This document shows positions 62,101 through 64,000 of a stretch of DNA of 64,000 nucleotides, in pieces; positions within the stretch are counted from its first letter, which is position 1, and each line of letters begins with the position of its first letter. Source of the stretch: Bacteroidales bacterium (GTDB lineage Bacteria; Bacteroidota; Bacteroidia; Bacteroidales; JAADJA01); NCBI GenBank assembly GCA_020052415.1, contig JAGVPB010000004.1:3326-67325 (forward strand), read 5' to 3'. The notes below the pieces were generated by a model. It saw nothing but the letters and a program-made list of their open reading frames with translations, was not told the DNA's origin and did no database searches. The translations under genes were made by a program, and so were the position numbers.

Positions 62101-62589
62101 GAAGAAAGCATGCATTATCCCTTATTGAATTCATTCGAAGGTGTATCATTGGAGCGAATTAATTTCGAGCGGCTTACGCAGGACAGGACCAACTGGCATT
62201 CGGCATCTTCGGATTGCGGTTTTGCTACTCCGGGATTTAAAAACTCCCAGTACAGCGAATCGTCCGAAATGAATGATGAGATCACTATCGAGCCGGAAAT
62301 TTTCTCGCCGGACAATGATGGCTTCGACGATATAGTTAACATCAATTATAAGTTTGATTCTCCCGGCTACTCTTGCAGCATAACCATTTACGATGCACAG
62401 GGACGGCTGATAAATTATCTTGTCCGCAATGAACTTCTTGGAACCGAAGGGACTTTTTCGTGGGATGGCCGCACTACCGACAACTGCAAAGCCGATATCG
62501 GGATTTATGTGGTTTACATCGAGGCATTTGATATGGCGGGAAAGGTAAAAAAGATCAAAAAGGTGGTGGTGGTGGGTGGAAAACTATGA
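59143..62589 (+). CDS. Large secreted protein with three (Ig-like + lamin-tail domain) modules and a T9SS type-B-like C-terminal domain
   Basis: 1148 aa with a signal peptide. LTD starts [28 protein letters not shown] (~60150), [27 protein letters not shown] (~60950), [23 protein letters not shown] (~61745). Each is followed by GGWSLE/GVSLER and GGTPG/GGSPG/ATPG. C-terminal [20 protein letters not shown]...[10 protein letters not shown]...FSWDGRT...[11 protein letters not shown] resembles the gliding-motility C-terminal (type B) domain. Confidence 0.75.
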   Translation: [1148 protein letters not shown]

Positions 62590-62791
62590 ATATATTAAAC
62601 CTCCGGAATAACATTAAGATTTTTTAACGACATCAGGCATTGCACTTGCGTCTTATTCATTTATTTAATGTTTAGTGTTAAAATTCCTATGCCTAACTCC
62701 GACTGTCATGTTATTTTCAAATCCTAAATCCCTATTCCTAAATCCTAAAATCATTTTAATCTGTGGCAACCATTTTCACCACTACATTTAT

Positions 62792-63355
62792 CTATCTGGT
62801 ATTATACACATTCATCGTCCGCTCCACCCCTATCGCAACAAAGCTCTTAACGATTTCAACAGCAGTTTTTACTTGGGGTATCATAATTTCCTCTTCTGTT
62901 TTTGTCCATTTACCCAAAACATAATCCACCTGGGTTCCCTGTGCAAAATCATTACCAATCCCTACTCTTAACCTTGCAAAGTCAGTAGTACCAAGATGCT
63001 CAATAATGCTGATCAGCCCGTTGTGCCCCCCGTCGCCACCCTTTGCTCGCAAACGGAGTACCCCCGTAGGTAAAGCAATATCATCAGCAATGATCAGCAG
63101 GTTTTCAAGCGGGATATTTTCTTTTCCAAGCCAGTATTTGATTGCCTTACCGCTCAGGTTCATATAGGTTGTTGGCTTTATCACCACCAGTATCCTTGCT
63201 TTATATTTTACCCTAGTCACATCGGCCAGTCTCCCCGCTGCAAACACAGCCTTTCCCTCCCGGACAAGTGCATCGGCAACCACAAACCCGATGTTATGCC
63301 TTGTATTGGCATATTCGGCTCCTATATTTCCTAATCCTGCGATCAGATATTTCAT
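62792..63355 (-). CDS. pth: Peptidyl-tRNA hydrolase
   Basis: 187 aa; LIAGLGNIGAEYANTRHNIGF, GGHNGL. Confidence 0.95.
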   Translation of the reverse strand: MKYLIAGLGNIGAEYANTRHNIGFVVADALVREGKAVFAAGRLADVTRVKYKARILVVIKPTTYMNLSGKAIKYWLGKENIPLENLLIIADDIALPTGVLRLRAKGGDGGHNGLISIIEHLGTTDFARLRVGIGNDFAQGTQVDYVLGKWTKTEEEIMIPQVKTAVEIVKSFVAIGVERTMNVYNTR

Positions 63356-63626
63356 TTCATCTCTATTTGTTCAAGGTATTTTATATCTGGGATTTAACTG
63401 TATATCCTTTAATGGGGTATAAAGGTATAGGGGAAATAAGGGAACCCCCTTATACCCTTATACCCTTATACCCCTTTTCCCCATAATTCCCTCTTTTCCA
63501 TCATGTTCTTAATCCCGTTTGAGGCAATATTTTCAGTTTACTAAATTACGAATCCTGCCGAAATAAAAATTCCAGGTCCTGGGTTAAATATATCCTGAAC
63601 CTGGAAATTCATCAAAGGACCAGCTA

Positions 63627-64000
63627 TTATTTTTTATCTTCGCCTTCTTTTTTCTCTGCATCCGCCTCACCGGCTTCAGTCAGCTTGGCTGCAGCTTCTG
63701 CAGCGGCTTCCTCCTCAGGTGTTGCGCCTGCCCCTCTTGCCGTCTTCACATTTACGATAACCGAACTTGGGGTATCAAGAAATTCAAGGTTTTCATATTT
63801 CATGTCCCTTACCTTTATGGAATCCCCGATATTCAATCCATCAATATTCACTACAAGAAAATCCGGCAGGTTCTCAGGCAATCCCAATACCCTGACTTTT
63901 CTTAACTTCTTGTTCAGCTTGCCGCCTTGTAATATACCGGGTGCAACGCCTTCAACCTTTACGGGAACAGCAATATTTACTTTTTTACCAGGAATAATTT
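63627..64000 (-). CDS. rplY: 50S ribosomal protein L25/general stress protein Ctc, 5'-truncated by the window edge
   Basis: The reading frame stays open to position 64000. It shows the C-terminal beta-barrel part of L25/Ctc and an Ala/Glu/Lys-rich tail (ATPEEEAAAEAAAKLTEAGEADAEKKEGEDKK). The usual ctc-pth gene order is present. Confidence 0.85.
   Translation of the reverse strand, partial: IIPGKKVNIAVPVKVEGVAPGILQGGKLNKKLRKVRVLGLPENLPDFLVVNIDGLNIGDSIKVRDMKYENLEFLDTPSSVIVNVKTARGAGATPEEEAAAEAAAKLTEAGEADAEKKEGEDKK

Noticed and set aside
63627-63887. Treating the 86-aa ORF as a complete small gene
   Set aside because: The frame continues open upstream to the window edge and the sequence is the C-terminal part of L25/Ctc. 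The Met at 63887 is internal.

Overview
This 64-kb window reads as a Bacteroidota chromosome segment. Evidence: four proteins with type-A T9SS C-terminal sorting domains and one with a type-B-like domain, a GldH-like gliding lipoprotein, many TAnnTTTG -7 promoter boxes, numerous TonB-C-domain proteins, and a short glycogen synthase next to a DUF4270-like gene. I count about 56 protein genes, 2 tRNAs (Ala-GGC, Gln-CTG) and 2 pseudogene remnants. I found no rRNA, CRISPR array, transposase or integrase. The backbone is housekeeping: panB, dnaK, udk, rlmN, thpR, glnS, gpmA, lpxK, lpxH, PNP, ribF, pth, L25, and methylmalonyl-CoA mutase mutA/mutB plus epimerase. The best candidate for an undescribed system is 8257-13320. 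There, an ECF sigma/anti-sigma pair is flanked by three proteins that each end in a TonB C-terminal domain: a plain TonB, a VIT+vWA fusion, and the zf-HC2 anti-sigma itself. Other notable items:
- An AT-rich ORF6N gene sits between mutA and mutB.
- A decayed toxin-antitoxin islet lies on the 3' side of tRNA-Ala (23-codon toxin stub with intact antitoxin, and an MNT gene killed by one TAA), bracketed by 100-bp repeats.
- An intact MNT-HEPN pair lies between alkD-like and gldH.
- A 73-aa PEP-CTERM-like (P-I-D) mini-protein follows a LamG T9SS cargo gene.
- A Cys-rich protein / TonB-dependent receptor / HMA cluster has a structured 181-nt leader.
- A TlpA-like protein has SxxS in place of CxxC.
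- Several families of intergenic hairpins, nested palindromes and short word-like tandem repeats occur.
All domain calls were made by eye from motifs. No searches were run, so family names and novelty need HMM/BLAST confirmation.
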